Counted from the stretch's first letter, positions 9,802 through 19,627 are shown. The stretch is DNA of 64,000 bases from a virus (IMGVR_UViG_3300045988_157791); one strand, 5' to 3'. Notes: generated from the sequence alone by a model not told the origin. Made by a program: numbers and translations.

Positions 9802-10902
9802 ATGAGCGAGTCCAAATCGCCGGATGCCCTGAGAGCAATGGTAGCCGGTACGCTGGCTAATTTTCAGCACCCAACCCTGAAACACAACCTGACTACGCTT
9901 AAAGCGTTACACCATGTTGCGTTGATGGATGACACACTGCATGTCGAACTAATCATGCCTTTCGTGTGGAATAAGCCTTTTGAAGACCTGAAAGAGCAAT
10001 GTAGTGGTGATCTGCTCCGTATCACTGGCGCAAAGGCTATTGACTGGAAGCTGTCGTACAACATTGCCACGCTTAAGCGCGTCAAAAACCAACCAGGCAT
10101 TAATGGCGTTAAGAACATTATCGCCGTCAGCTCAGGCAAGGGCGGCGTAGGTAAATCCTCCACGGCGGTAAATCTGGCACTGGCGTTGGCTGCTGAAGGT
10201 GCGAAAGTTGGTATTTTGGATGCCGATATCTATGGTCCATCAATTCCAACCATGCTGGGCGCGGAAAACCAACGTCCAACCTCACCGGACGGTACTCACA
10301 TGGCACCTATCATGTCTCATGGCCTGGCAACCAACTCTATTGGTTATCTGGTCACCGACGACAATGCAATGGTGTGGCGTGGACCGATGGCCAGCAAGGC
10401 GCTGATGCAGATGTTGCAGGAAACTCTATGGCCTGATCTGGACTATCTCGTTCTCGATATGCCGCCGGGCACTGGTGATATTCAGTTGACGCTGGCGCAG
10501 AACATTCCTGTAACTGGTGCGGTTGTGGTAACTACGCCGCAAGACATCGCGCTGATCGATGCGAAGAAAGGCATTGTGATGTTCGAAAAAGTCGAAGTGC
10601 CGGTACTGGGTATCGTCGAAAACATGAGTGTGCATATTTGCAGTAACTGCGGTCATCACGAGCCAATTTTTGGCACCGGTGGCGCACAGAAACTGGCCGA
10701 GAAATACAACACGCAGTTGTTAGGCCAAATGCCACTTCATATCTCTCTTCGTGAAGATCTGGATAACGGAACACCAACCGTTATTAGTCGTCCAGATAGC
10801 GAATTTACGGCTATTTATCGTGACCTCGCAGATCGCGTTGCTGCCCAAATGTATTGGCAAGGTGAAGTAATACCTGGCGAAATCGCATTCCGCGCAGTGT
10901 GA
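9802..10902 (+). CDS. apbC: Fe-S cluster carrier ATPase Mrp/ApbC (366 aa)
   Basis: P-loop SSGKGGVGKSS and CSNCGHH motif; Mrp/NBP35 family; divergent from metG as I recall for enterobacterial chromosomes. Confidence 0.9.
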   Translation: MSESKSPDALRAMVAGTLANFQHPTLKHNLTTLKALHHVALMDDTLHVELIMPFVWNKPFEDLKEQCSGDLLRITGAKAIDWKLSYNIATLKRVKNQPGINGVKNIIAVSSGKGGVGKSSTAVNLALALAAEGAKVGILDADIYGPSIPTMLGAENQRPTSPDGTHMAPIMSHGLATNSIGYLVTDDNAMVWRGPMASKALMQMLQETLWPDLDYLVLDMPPGTGDIQLTLAQNIPVTGAVVVTTPQDIALIDAKKGIVMFEKVEVPVLGIVENMSVHICSNCGHHEPIFGTGGAQKLAEKYNTQLLGQMPLHISLREDLDNGTPTVISRPDSEFTAIYRDLADRVAAQMYWQGEVIPGEIAFRAV

Positions 10903-10905
10903 TAA

Positions 10906-10930
10906 AAAGGCGGTGCAATGCACCGCCTAA
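10906..10930. terminator. hairpin terminator after apbC
   Basis: AAAAAGGCGGTGCAatgCACCGCCtaatc. Confidence 0.6.
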
Positions 10931-10939
10931 TCAGTTCTC

Positions 10940-11329
10940 CTACATCACGGGACAATCATCAAACTCGCCACTTCTTGCGTCGTTGATAATGTGAGTGATC
11001 ACACCAAACACGGCATTGCTGCCCGTGCATCCATCGTCATCCTTTGGCAATGCTTCCTTCTTACCGGTTCTTAAATCCTCCAGATGCTGACGTGGGTACT
11101 TCCGGTATCTTTTTACGCGATATTCCCCATCCAGAGCGCATACAAGCAGAGAACCATCAACTGGGGTAAGTGAGGAATCAACCACCAGCAATGCACCCTG
11201 TAATATTCCCTCACGATGATGACTATCAGCTGCCCGCATGAAGTAGGTCGCTGAAGGATGTCTGATTAGTTGCTGATCAAGAGAAATACGGCTCTCTGCA
11301 TAATCCGCCGCAGGAGAAGGGAAGCCCAT
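10940..11329 (-). CDS. UmuD-prime-like S24 peptidase-domain protein, natively truncated (129 aa)
   Basis: Begins M-GFPSPAADY, the residues just after the UmuD Cys24-Gly25 self-cleavage site; Ser (ADSH) and Lys (RVKR) dyad positions retained; stop upstream in frame; no umuC nearby. Confidence 0.75.
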   Translation of the reverse strand: MGFPSPAADYAESRISLDQQLIRHPSATYFMRAADSHHREGILQGALLVVDSSLTPVDGSLLVCALDGEYRVKRYRKYPRQHLEDLRTGKKEALPKDDDGCTGSNAVFGVITHIINDARSGEFDDCPVM

Positions 11330-11428
11330 AGCGTTTTACCTCAATGATACTGTTTATTCATACAGTATACATTGAAAAGGCATAGTTTGTGAAAGCGGGG
11401 TTTGCAGGCGCGCCACGCTGGGGGCTAA

Positions 11429-11821
11429 TCACATTGGTGGCGTGAACTTGCCATTCATATATTGCAAAATGCTTGACTCAATTTTTTCATTAAAATCAGA
11501 ATGATGCTCCTCAAGGACAAAGCGCGCCTTATTGTTGCGCACAATAACCTCCGCCAACGGACTAACCAGAGATGTGGAGTTAGAGATTTTCTCGGCGCGC
11601 TCTACATCGCTTTTAAACGTTACGATGAAGTGCTGGTGGCCTGGTGACCGGCGACACAACATGCGTCGCACTTCCACGGTATCTTCACGGCCTTGAGTAT
11701 GTACAGGAAAGCTATCGACCACCGCTGTATTGGTGCGGATTGTCTGCATAGAACGCGTGTTGTCGTGATAGTTAAGCATGTTTAATGTCTTCCCCATCTT
11801 GCCGTTATTTTCTTGGTGCAT
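11429..11821 (-). CDS. hypothetical protein (start ambiguous)
   Basis: ORF; three candidate ATGs, the third has the best SD. Confidence 0.4.
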   Translation of the reverse strand: MHQENNGKMGKTLNMLNYHDNTRSMQTIRTNTAVVDSFPVHTQGREDTVEVRRMLCRRSPGHQHFIVTFKSDVERAEKISNSTSLVSPLAEVIVRNNKARFVLEEHHSDFNEKIESSILQYMNGKFTPPM

Positions 11822-12056
11822 CCTCGTTCTGATACACCGGATGGCTTCCTTTTGGCAACTGGAGGCTTAACTGCCGGTAGTGCCGTAACCGTTCCATGAA
11901 ATAGGTGCGCAGGTTCTCTGGTTGCTCGCGGGCTACCTGTTCAGCTATGACAGGTATGTTCAATCGCTCTTTGTACGCCACACCGCTGGCAGCCAGATCA
12001 ACGTTAACCTTATCCCGTTCTTCCTGACTTTTAGCTGCAATATTCCAGTCGCTCAT
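11805..12056 (-). CDS. hypothetical protein (83 aa)
   Basis: ORF overlapping the downstream gene by 17 nt (possible translational coupling). Confidence 0.4.
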   Translation of the reverse strand: MSDWNIAAKSQEERDKVNVDLAASGVAYKERLNIPVIAEQVAREQPENLRTYFMERLRHYRQLSLQLPKGSHPVYQNEDAPRK

Positions 12057-12058
12057 AT

Positions 12059-12331
12059 TTAAGGCTCACATTTCCAGATGGTATTCTGAACACCCGAACC
12101 GGGCGCAAGATTAGGGTTAGCGTTCGCGCTATGCTGATATACTGCTTTAGACTTCCCATATTGCTGACAGGCTTTATCTGCGGTTTTTTGCAGGCTATCC
12201 AGGCCATACCAACCATCTGACTGTATGCTTACCTTTTCACCGTCGTTGTATTGCACCATTGCACACCCAGATATAGCCAGTATCGCGCCGACAATAACGC
12301 TTTTCCATAAAACTCTATGCAACATATACAA
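12059..12331 (-). CDS. putative lipoprotein (90 aa)
   Basis: Signal peptide with lipobox LAISGC. Confidence 0.45.
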   Translation of the reverse strand: MYMLHRVLWKSVIVGAILAISGCAMVQYNDGEKVSIQSDGWYGLDSLQKTADKACQQYGKSKAVYQHSANANPNLAPGSGVQNTIWKCEP

Positions 12332-12370
12332 AAATCCCCTCTGTGAATTGAGGGGATTTTAGCATGGTGA

Positions 12371-13129
12371 TCAGATATCGGCCTTATTCGGAATTTTATC
12401 AGCCACCAGCGGCAATAAAGCCTTCGCCATTTCATGAACCAACATGGCATCAATGACGCCTAGCGTATGGACCGGCTTAATCTTTAATGCGGCCTCAAGA
12501 TAGCCTCTTTCCAGAGTGGTTTTTACGCTTTTCTTGGGCGATTGTTGGGAACTATCCGGAAAATCCGGATGGTTGCCAGCCAGTCTACGCAAAACGGCCT
12601 TAACAGCCTCAATACGGTCATCATCAACTTTTTCTACAATATTGGAATTTAAATACTTCGAAGCCTTGCTATGCCAATCGCTGGTTTTAGGGTCTTGTCC
12701 ATCCATCAAACGCCAAGCTTCAGCGATTAACTCATAGCCAGTAACAGTGGCTTCCTGCGCATCACCAATCAGTTGTGTGATCTCTCTTTCAAGCATGCTT
12801 AGAGCGTTAGGCATTGGTTTTTCTTCCGGTACTACTGGCACTGGAGGGGCGGCGTATACTTCAATTGTCCCATTATCAATAGGCCATTCTCCATCCTTGA
12901 GGTAGTCACTTGTGCCGTCAACTTGCTGTTCTGCAATGTGGAATGCACCTATTGGTTTTGCCTCAAGCGAGGCCAGTGCAATTCGTGCCAGTTTTAGATC
13001 TCGTGCAACCATCTCAATAACAACTTTGCAGTCCGCACCTTCTTTACTAACACGTCCTTTCAAGTCTTCCAGATAACTAACGCTTTCGCGTGCATGGGAG
13101 ATTAACTGTTCTTTGGTTAAGGTGGTCAT
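12371..13129 (-). CDS. hypothetical protein (252 aa)
   Basis: ORF with coding-like composition. Confidence 0.5.
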   Translation of the reverse strand: MTTLTKEQLISHARESVSYLEDLKGRVSKEGADCKVVIEMVARDLKLARIALASLEAKPIGAFHIAEQQVDGTSDYLKDGEWPIDNGTIEVYAAPPVPVVPEEKPMPNALSMLEREITQLIGDAQEATVTGYELIAEAWRLMDGQDPKTSDWHSKASKYLNSNIVEKVDDDRIEAVKAVLRRLAGNHPDFPDSSQQSPKKSVKTTLERGYLEAALKIKPVHTLGVIDAMLVHEMAKALLPLVADKIPNKADI

Positions 13130-13314
13130 TAGGCAGCTCTCTCAACAACAAGCAATTCGTCGTAGTCATAATCCGTTTCGGAACCATCCGTACCGAACAG
13201 AGTCACTTTGTCACCTTCCATCCAGAAAGATTTAACCGCACATCGTTTGCCTTTAGATGTTATGACCACATCACCTTGGGTTACATCTTCAGCGCGAACT
13301 TCTACTGTTCTCAT
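13129..13314 (-). CDS. hypothetical protein (61 aa)
   Basis: ATG with AAGAGGG SD. Confidence 0.35.
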   Translation of the reverse strand: MRTVEVRAEDVTQGDVVITSKGKRCAVKSFWMEGDKVTLFGTDGSETDYDYDELLVVERAA

Positions 13315-13855
13315 AATGCTGACCCTCTTTGGTGAAAACGCCTGATGCAATACTGTTTATGATGCTGTCAGTACAGGGAGTAGAAAGCTGGGCATCTCCA
13401 GCTATTTTCATGACTTCGACATTCGCATATCGAATACCGAGGTGTATCAGACCTGCTATACCTGACTTAAGTCGAACATTTTCCATAAACAGATCCTTTT
13501 CCCGCTGTTTAACGGTCTCCAGCTCAACACGCAGTTTCTCAAGCGTTAGGGCCATCTCTACGTTCTCCTGCTCAAGACGTCGGATGTGTTGCTGTCTTTT
13601 ATCCAGTTCGTCCAGCAGTGCAATCACATCGGGATCACTATCATCAACTACTGTTACGCGTGATTTTTCATAATGTTCATCTGCAAAAGTACGCCCTATC
13701 TTAAAATATCCGTCATCACTCTCACCGGAACAGGCATAAACAACATGTGCTCCAGATATGCGCTGTATTGACATTTCCTCGCCACAAACAGAGCATTTAG
13801 GCGCTGGTTTTGGTGAATAACGTTCACGTAACGTCAGGTAGTAAATCTCATTCAC
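13289..13855 (-). CDS. hypothetical coiled-coil protein with N-terminal CxxC (188 aa)
   Basis: Heptad-rich central region (LLDELDKRQQHIRRLEQENVEMALTLEKL). Confidence 0.45.
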   Translation of the reverse strand: MNEIYYLTLRERYSPKPAPKCSVCGEEMSIQRISGAHVVYACSGESDDGYFKIGRTFADEHYEKSRVTVVDDSDPDVIALLDELDKRQQHIRRLEQENVEMALTLEKLRVELETVKQREKDLFMENVRLKSGIAGLIHLGIRYANVEVMKIAGDAQLSTPCTDSIINSIASGVFTKEGQHYENSRSSR

Positions 13856-14307
13856 TGTTTATTTCCTGTACGAAGCTCAGCGGCAAAAGCTACTGCGTGA
13901 TCATGATGTTCAAGTGTGTATGCGCACTCAGCAAACATCTCCACGCCCTGCGCACGTACTTCAGCCAGAAAAGCATCGGTGGCTGGAGTCTCCGTTAATT
14001 CGCTAACCCAATTATCTCCGTGTTCCTCGGCACACATCGCATCGAATGCTCGCTCAGATTCTTTCAGGGCTGCATTCTCCGCCGCTAATGCGTCTCTCTG
14101 CGCCCGCAACTTCTCAATTTCAGCAGCCATGTAGTAACCAACCATAGCGAAGACGGCAAAAGAGTTGTCTGCCTCATCAGGCGACACTGAGGCCATTAGC
14201 AGGCCATCGTAAAAATCGTGACTCCCATTGGTGATCGCCACCGCATAGGAGTCGTGGTTCTCGCGCTTGTGAATGAGAACTACGGGATTTTCGATTTTGT
14301 TACTCAT
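13852..14307 (-). CDS. possible Ead/Ea22-like lambdoid early protein (151 aa)
   Basis: Coiled-coil plus C-terminal FLAEVRAQGVEMFAECAY-type segment, recalled from Ead/Ea22-like proteins; conserved GGAAAAACAC-ATG initiation context. Confidence 0.4.
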   Translation of the reverse strand: MSNKIENPVVLIHKRENHDSYAVAITNGSHDFYDGLLMASVSPDEADNSFAVFAMVGYYMAAEIEKLRAQRDALAAENAALKESERAFDAMCAEEHGDNWVSELTETPATDAFLAEVRAQGVEMFAECAYTLEHHDHAVAFAAELRTGNKQ

Positions 14308-14445
14308 GTGTTTTTCTCTTCTTTGCTGTTACATAAGCACTACCAAGTGCTGGTTTATTTTCACAAATAAGAAAATGTAGAAAACAATTTATTTAAGGCC
14401 ATAAGTCATGGCCTTTATTTATTCATGCAGAAGGATTTGTAGCGC

Positions 14446-14826
14446 CTAATTGCCGTATAAAATGGGTTGAGGCGCTTGCCAGTAAGCTCCACCGTCCCAT
14501 GTGAACCCCATGCGAATAAGAGTGTTTATTGCGGCTTTGGTAGACTCTGATTCGACGCTGACTTTTCGAAACTCTTGAACCTCTTTCGCCAACTTGTATG
14601 TAATTGTGCAGGGGACGATTGCAGCCCAGCCTTTCTCATGACTGTTAATGACCATCTGGATGTGACCATCCAGAATAGGTTGATCAGGCATGTTATTGAA
14701 AACGTCTGCCTGTTTTTGAATGTGAAGAAAAAGCCTTGCCAGCTCCATTTGCTCACTACGAGACAAGGGATTATCAAGAGGGCTTTTTGCAAAAGCGGCT
14801 ATACGCTGTGCGTCAATGCCAAACAT
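14446..14826 (-). CDS. hypothetical protein (126 aa)
   Basis: ORF. Confidence 0.45.
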   Translation of the reverse strand: MFGIDAQRIAAFAKSPLDNPLSRSEQMELARLFLHIQKQADVFNNMPDQPILDGHIQMVINSHEKGWAAIVPCTITYKLAKEVQEFRKVSVESESTKAAINTLIRMGFTWDGGAYWQAPQPILYGN

Positions 14827-15530
14827 CAGCGCACCTCACCATCTTTATGGCTGGAGTTAACTTCCGTCATTAAATGTCTGACGTAATCGACAAGAGAGCC
14901 GCCTGGTGGAATCTGGCATTCCTCAACTAACTGGAAGTAGATATCCGCTGCATTACGTGTATTGCTACCCGCGCATATTCTTTCTTCCCGAAGTGCATGA
15001 AGCTCGTTGATCAAACGGTCACACTCTCCGTTACGCTGATCCACAACAGCCTCAAGTTCTGCGACGCGTTCACCTGGCGTCTTACCTTCTTTGCGTTGGA
15101 TGGTAACGACGAAATCGCCAATTGCAGGGACGTTGTAATCCAGCTCAAGGTAGTTTTTGGCACCGCTGCGGACGAACTCACCCGCGAACATGGTGGCGAA
15201 CATCGCAGAGGCCACTTCGCCGTTGAAAAGTGACTCCAGATCTAACGGAGTCCCGGCATCAAGAGCCTCTTTTGCTGTATCCATTGCATCCATGAACCGA
15301 TCAAACTCATTGGCGCGCTTTTCCAAGTTTTTCCATTGCTCGCTCCAACGTTTGGCAACGAAGTCTATGAATGTTTTCGCGGATTCATCAAAATCCCCCT
15401 CAAACTTAACGATGCCTTTATCAATAATGATCTGGCCTACCGCATCCTCTGCATAACCTTTCAATGTAAACTTGAAAGGAAAATCAGAATGGCCTGTGAC
15501 GTTAAAATGCTCTAACTGGAGGTTGTTCAT
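14826..15530 (-). CDS. hypothetical protein (234 aa)
   Basis: ORF with conserved initiation context CATGTGTTTTTCTC. Confidence 0.5.
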   Translation of the reverse strand: MNNLQLEHFNVTGHSDFPFKFTLKGYAEDAVGQIIIDKGIVKFEGDFDESAKTFIDFVAKRWSEQWKNLEKRANEFDRFMDAMDTAKEALDAGTPLDLESLFNGEVASAMFATMFAGEFVRSGAKNYLELDYNVPAIGDFVVTIQRKEGKTPGERVAELEAVVDQRNGECDRLINELHALREERICAGSNTRNAADIYFQLVEECQIPPGGSLVDYVRHLMTEVNSSHKDGEVR

Positions 15531-15591
15531 GTGTTTTTCTCTTATCGTTTAGTAACTACATTCTTACACAAATTAGGTAAGTATTTACCTA

Positions 15592-17277
15592 TCATTTAAC
15601 GCGTTTGAAAACGTATACGCTGACTGTGATCCCTGTGTCTTCAAACTCGTTGGTAAACGACTTCCCTCTGGCATAAACGTAATTATCCATCGTCATCCAG
15701 TCCAGTATTGGCGCAGTGCCCGGCAATACTGCTACAAGACGCCCGCCGACTTTCAGATGCCCCAGCGCAGCCAGCGTGTGCTCTCTATGACGACCAAGCG
15801 AGTACGGCGGGTTCATAACGATTTTGTCGAACTGATAACCTACGTTGTCCTCAGACCACTTTATGAAGTCGCAGCAAATCGTGTTCGTATACCCTTTTCC
15901 GCGCAGGATATCAGCGAAGAGAGGTGCGATTTCTATGCAGGTAACATCTTCCAGATCGGCGTTGATATAGGCCAGAAGATCCCCACGTCCGGCTTGAGGC
16001 TCCAGCAGCTTCTCACCAGACTTCAATTCAGTGGCTCTGGCAACGTACTCAGCAATCAAGCGTGGGGTAGGGTAGAACTGGTGTGATTTTGTATCCGGTA
16101 TTAATCCGGTAGCCACAATCGTATTTAGCGTATGGCCGATCTCATACGGGAACTGCCAGTGCTTTTTCTCCTGCACGCCGCCAATGAAGCTCAGTGTGCG
16201 CTCAAGCTCTTCCACCTGCGACTTCTGGAGAGCTGAATCAGAGAAGTACCATACGCCTTTGTCTTTGCTTAATCGCCCGTCACGAAGCGCAGTGCGAACC
16301 GGCACGGAGATCGTCTTCTGGATTAACCCGAACTGCTTTGGTGCCCGTGTTTTTGGCGCGGTGCGACATGGCGCGGGGATTGCAGCAGGCATACTGTAAG
16401 CCAGCACCTCATTCAACTTCCAGGCCACGTCAGGATGTATTTCAAAGTGAACGTTGCCGTTCTTGAACATCTTCACGCGCATTAGATTTCCATCGACGTT
16501 CATCCAGTCACCGGTCTGGCAGTCGTTTGCCCGATACGCAGCTGATAGCACCTCAGCAGTGCGGTTGATGGTAATAAATTCTTTGTGCGCGAAGAAATGA
16601 AGCAAGACACGCAGATCGTCGATATAGTCCTCTTTGCGATAGTTCACACTAACGCTGTCCCGCCAGAAATCAGAAATGCAGTCAGCGATTATCAGACGTT
16701 CGCTGAAACCGTTTGTCTTATTTGTCTTGTGCGCAGGACTCAGCGCCTTAAACAAGCCATACACGCGCTCAGAGAGATATTTGTGCCTGTCATTCAGCAA
16801 ATTAAGCATCGTGGGTATGACCGTTTCTGCTTTGAACTCCGGTACACCAACGAACTCTTTAACCTTCATCTGGTAGCCGGTTCTGTCAGTTTTGATGACT
16901 TCCTGTTTGCCCTCTATAAACTGCTCGCGCCACTCATCTCGACGGGAAGCTGGCATGATCAGCAAAACGTTAGTCATGTCCGTGACCTTCCTCCAGTACT
17001 CGGCCCAAATATTCTGTTTCACCCATTCCAGATCGACTTTATCCAACCAACCTCGATTTAAACGCGAGCGATCTTCATCTGGTCGATGGTTTAGTCTCAG
17101 CAGGCGATTAATCATGTTGTGGCGTTCGTCGCCATAAACGAAGTCGTGTACCTGATACATGAAGGCGATCTCTTTCTCGCACTCGGCCACAATTTCGTGG
17201 ATGACGTTCATTTCCTGCCGATAGTCGATAGCAGTGTTTGAGTTGGCATCGTCGATGATGGAAAGGGCTGTATTCAT
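15592..17277 (-). CDS. fusion protein: uncharacterised N-terminal domain plus C-terminal N6-adenine DNA methyltransferase (561 aa)
   Basis: C-terminal FYPTP...EPQAGRGDLL (SAM-binding-like) and NPPY catalytic motif; roughly 380-aa N-terminal region without recognisable motifs. Confidence 0.7.
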   Translation of the reverse strand: MNTALSIIDDANSNTAIDYRQEMNVIHEIVAECEKEIAFMYQVHDFVYGDERHNMINRLLRLNHRPDEDRSRLNRGWLDKVDLEWVKQNIWAEYWRKVTDMTNVLLIMPASRRDEWREQFIEGKQEVIKTDRTGYQMKVKEFVGVPEFKAETVIPTMLNLLNDRHKYLSERVYGLFKALSPAHKTNKTNGFSERLIIADCISDFWRDSVSVNYRKEDYIDDLRVLLHFFAHKEFITINRTAEVLSAAYRANDCQTGDWMNVDGNLMRVKMFKNGNVHFEIHPDVAWKLNEVLAYSMPAAIPAPCRTAPKTRAPKQFGLIQKTISVPVRTALRDGRLSKDKGVWYFSDSALQKSQVEELERTLSFIGGVQEKKHWQFPYEIGHTLNTIVATGLIPDTKSHQFYPTPRLIAEYVARATELKSGEKLLEPQAGRGDLLAYINADLEDVTCIEIAPLFADILRGKGYTNTICCDFIKWSEDNVGYQFDKIVMNPPYSLGRHREHTLAALGHLKVGGRLVAVLPGTAPILDWMTMDNYVYARGKSFTNEFEDTGITVSVYVFKRVK

Positions 17278-17380
17278 AATTGCACCATTAAGAAGTGATT
17301 TGTTTAATGGTGCAATTATTTCAAAAATGAAAAGGTACTAAATAGAAATAAACAGGCAATCCTTCAAATAAAGGCATTGG

Positions 17381-18279
17381 CTAATCATACTTGGAGGTAT
17401 TTATCACCAGAATTTTGTTTGTATAAATCTTCTTAATATCCCATGTGACATTACCGGAATACCATTGACCGTTATATACTTGGTTTCCAGTTGCACCTGT
17501 CATTGTTACATAGACAGGTCTGTCGTAATCGGTTCGTCTATAGTTATATACCCCAACCATAGCAGGCATTACCGCACATGGATACCCCATATCTATTGTA
17601 AATTGAGGGTCAGAAATAGTGATAAGTTTCGCATCAAGGGGCATCATCTCACCGTGATACACCATTGCGCCTGCGCTGTTATACATGGCAATGCCATAGC
17701 CAGAATGTGGTAACACCATATCAGAAAAAGCATAAACTGTTATTGTTCCGGGGCTACCATTTACCTGATGCAATCTGAGAGCATTGTATCCGTTACTATG
17801 CTCATGAATAAACATCATGTTCGCCTTATTACTGCTTTTTATGAAGAAAAAGCATGATTTGTTTGATGGGATTGATGTTTGAAAAACAGAACCTTTAGAT
17901 GTAGACATTGTCCCTTTATTAATCAGATTTTGCGGAGTAAATTCTGGACTCATCCACAAACTTCCATCTGATTGAGTAATTGACATCCCGAACATAATTA
18001 TCCCCAGTATGTGTATATGTAAGAACCAAGCCCCGTATATAAATTTGACCAACTAACCGTATTTCCATTAATAGTAACTGTTGGAACAGGTAAATTAATG
18101 TAGTTGTCGTTGTTAAGAGGCATCAATGACCACACGGCATGTAGCGATTTACCCGGTGGCGGATTGGAGTACGTCTTAGAGCCTGATGACGCAGTAAATC
18201 GATCAAGAAAAAAAATAGGAGTAAGGAAGCCAGTAACGTTAATTCCTTTATTGTTGTAAATCCCTGTACCGTATGCCAT
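17381..18279 (-). pseudogene. frameshifted gene for a Tyr/Asn/Gly/Thr-rich protein (two overlapping ORFs of 93 and 223 aa)
   Basis: ORFs 17998-18279 and 17381-18052 overlap in different frames with similar unusual composition; AT-rich. Confidence 0.4.
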
Positions 18280-18334
18280 TTTTCATCCTTGTTTTTTATC
18301 AACACAATATGGCCGATCATGCGGCCATATCAGA

Positions 18335-18904
18335 TCAATTAGAGCTTTGAAAGGCTTTGTGTGGCTGTGTTGCGAGGTTATGTCGATGGCTTAACTCACG
18401 CATCATGTCTTCAAGCCGACTCTTTGTGTCGTCGAGTTGGTCGGCCATTGCTCCCAAAAGCTGACGAACGGCCATCGGATCATCGCTGTTTAGTGATGGC
18501 ATTTTATAACCCGCCTGAGAAGACATAAGATTGAACGCAGACATCAACATCGTTAGAGAGGATTTAAGCCCAGCAATTTCACGATCTTTGCTGGCAATAA
18601 TCGCCTCACTCTTGTTAGTGTCATCAGTTCGTTGAGTCTCGCTCACCATATCCAAAGTCGCCTGCAACTTATCAGCGCGCTCTTTTTCAGCAAGATAATG
18701 AACACCGAAATGATGTGCTAAAGCTACAACCTGAGTTGGCTCTTCAAAGGTGGACTCAAAATTAAGTGCTGTAACCACTCTCTCAAATATGGAAACGTCT
18801 TCTATTCCTCGAAGAATGGCTAACATTTTGACCAGTTCATTAGCATCCATTTCTTCGAATAAGGCGTTTTGTTCATCAGCTATCGCTTTGCATTTCTTGC
18901 ACAT
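18335..18904 (-). CDS. hypothetical protein (189 aa)
   Basis: ORF with conserved initiation context; motif copy f upstream. Confidence 0.5.
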   Translation of the reverse strand: MCKKCKAIADEQNALFEEMDANELVKMLAILRGIEDVSIFERVVTALNFESTFEEPTQVVALAHHFGVHYLAEKERADKLQATLDMVSETQRTDDTNKSEAIIASKDREIAGLKSSLTMLMSAFNLMSSQAGYKMPSLNSDDPMAVRQLLGAMADQLDDTKSRLEDMMRELSHRHNLATQPHKAFQSSN

Positions 18905-18918
18905 GTGTTTTTCCTAAT

Positions 18919-18970
18919 GCTTAAACAAGTTGTTTTCTTATTGGCTTTATTGTGATGTGGCATAAAAGGG
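18919..18970 (-). promoter_or_regulatory. conserved promoter/leader motif (copy f)
   Basis: TTAAACAAGTTGTTTTCTTATTGG...GGCATAAAAGG. Confidence 0.55.
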
Positions 18971-19201
18971 GAGCAAGCTAAACGTAAAGGTGCAAACTCT
19001 CTATTTCGGTCAACGAAACACAAGGGCCATTTGGCCCTTGTCATTAACACGTTGCTTTACGGACTAGCGGATAAGCGAAGTAGATCGCCAGACCAATGAG
19101 GACGCCATCAGAAATGACAGACATCATCTTTCCCGTAAAATCCACCAACACCGCCATCACCAGAAGAGCAATGACGGTCACAAGCCGGAATCTCTCAAGC
19201 A

Positions 19202-19627
19202 TTAGAGATAAGCATCCAGTGACAACTGAAGCGCCTGTGCGATCTTTTTCAGGGCCAGCTCTTCTTGTTCGCCAATACCGTCTTGGTCGGCAATATCAAG
19301 GCACAGACACAGTACATCTACTGCATCATTAGTCCCGGCCACATCAGCCAGCTCACGTAAAGCCTGGGCATTAGCGCGGCGCGGTGAGGCTTCGTATTGA
19401 GCACGGATATTGGCGCTCATTTGGGCAATCTCACCAGCAAACGGAGAAAACGCAGGCAGAGCTGCAATTGTTTTCTCAAGAATGGAAATTTCCTTTGCGT
19501 CGCATGTGCCATCGGCATAGGAGATCATGTACGCGCCCCACACGGTGGCTTCAACCGCATCTCGGTTCTCCATTTTTTTGACCTCGATAACAGCTTTACG
19601 AGTTTTCTTTTTGAATAAACCTAACAT
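19202..19627 (-). CDS. TerB-like domain protein (141 aa)
   Basis: All-alpha protein with acidic DxxDG/EQEE pattern typical of the TerB fold (by recollection). Confidence 0.5.
   Translation of the reverse strand: MLGLFKKKTRKAVIEVKKMENRDAVEATVWGAYMISYADGTCDAKEISILEKTIAALPAFSPFAGEIAQMSANIRAQYEASPRRANAQALRELADVAGTNDAVDVLCLCLDIADQDGIGEQEELALKKIAQALQLSLDAYL

Noticed and set aside
7461-19000. Simple prophage integrated next to chromosomal metG
   Set aside because: Element-specific promoter motifs and the shared initiation context occur on both sides of metG-apbC, so the host-like segment is internal to the element rather than at an element/chromosome junction (unless the assembly is chimeric).
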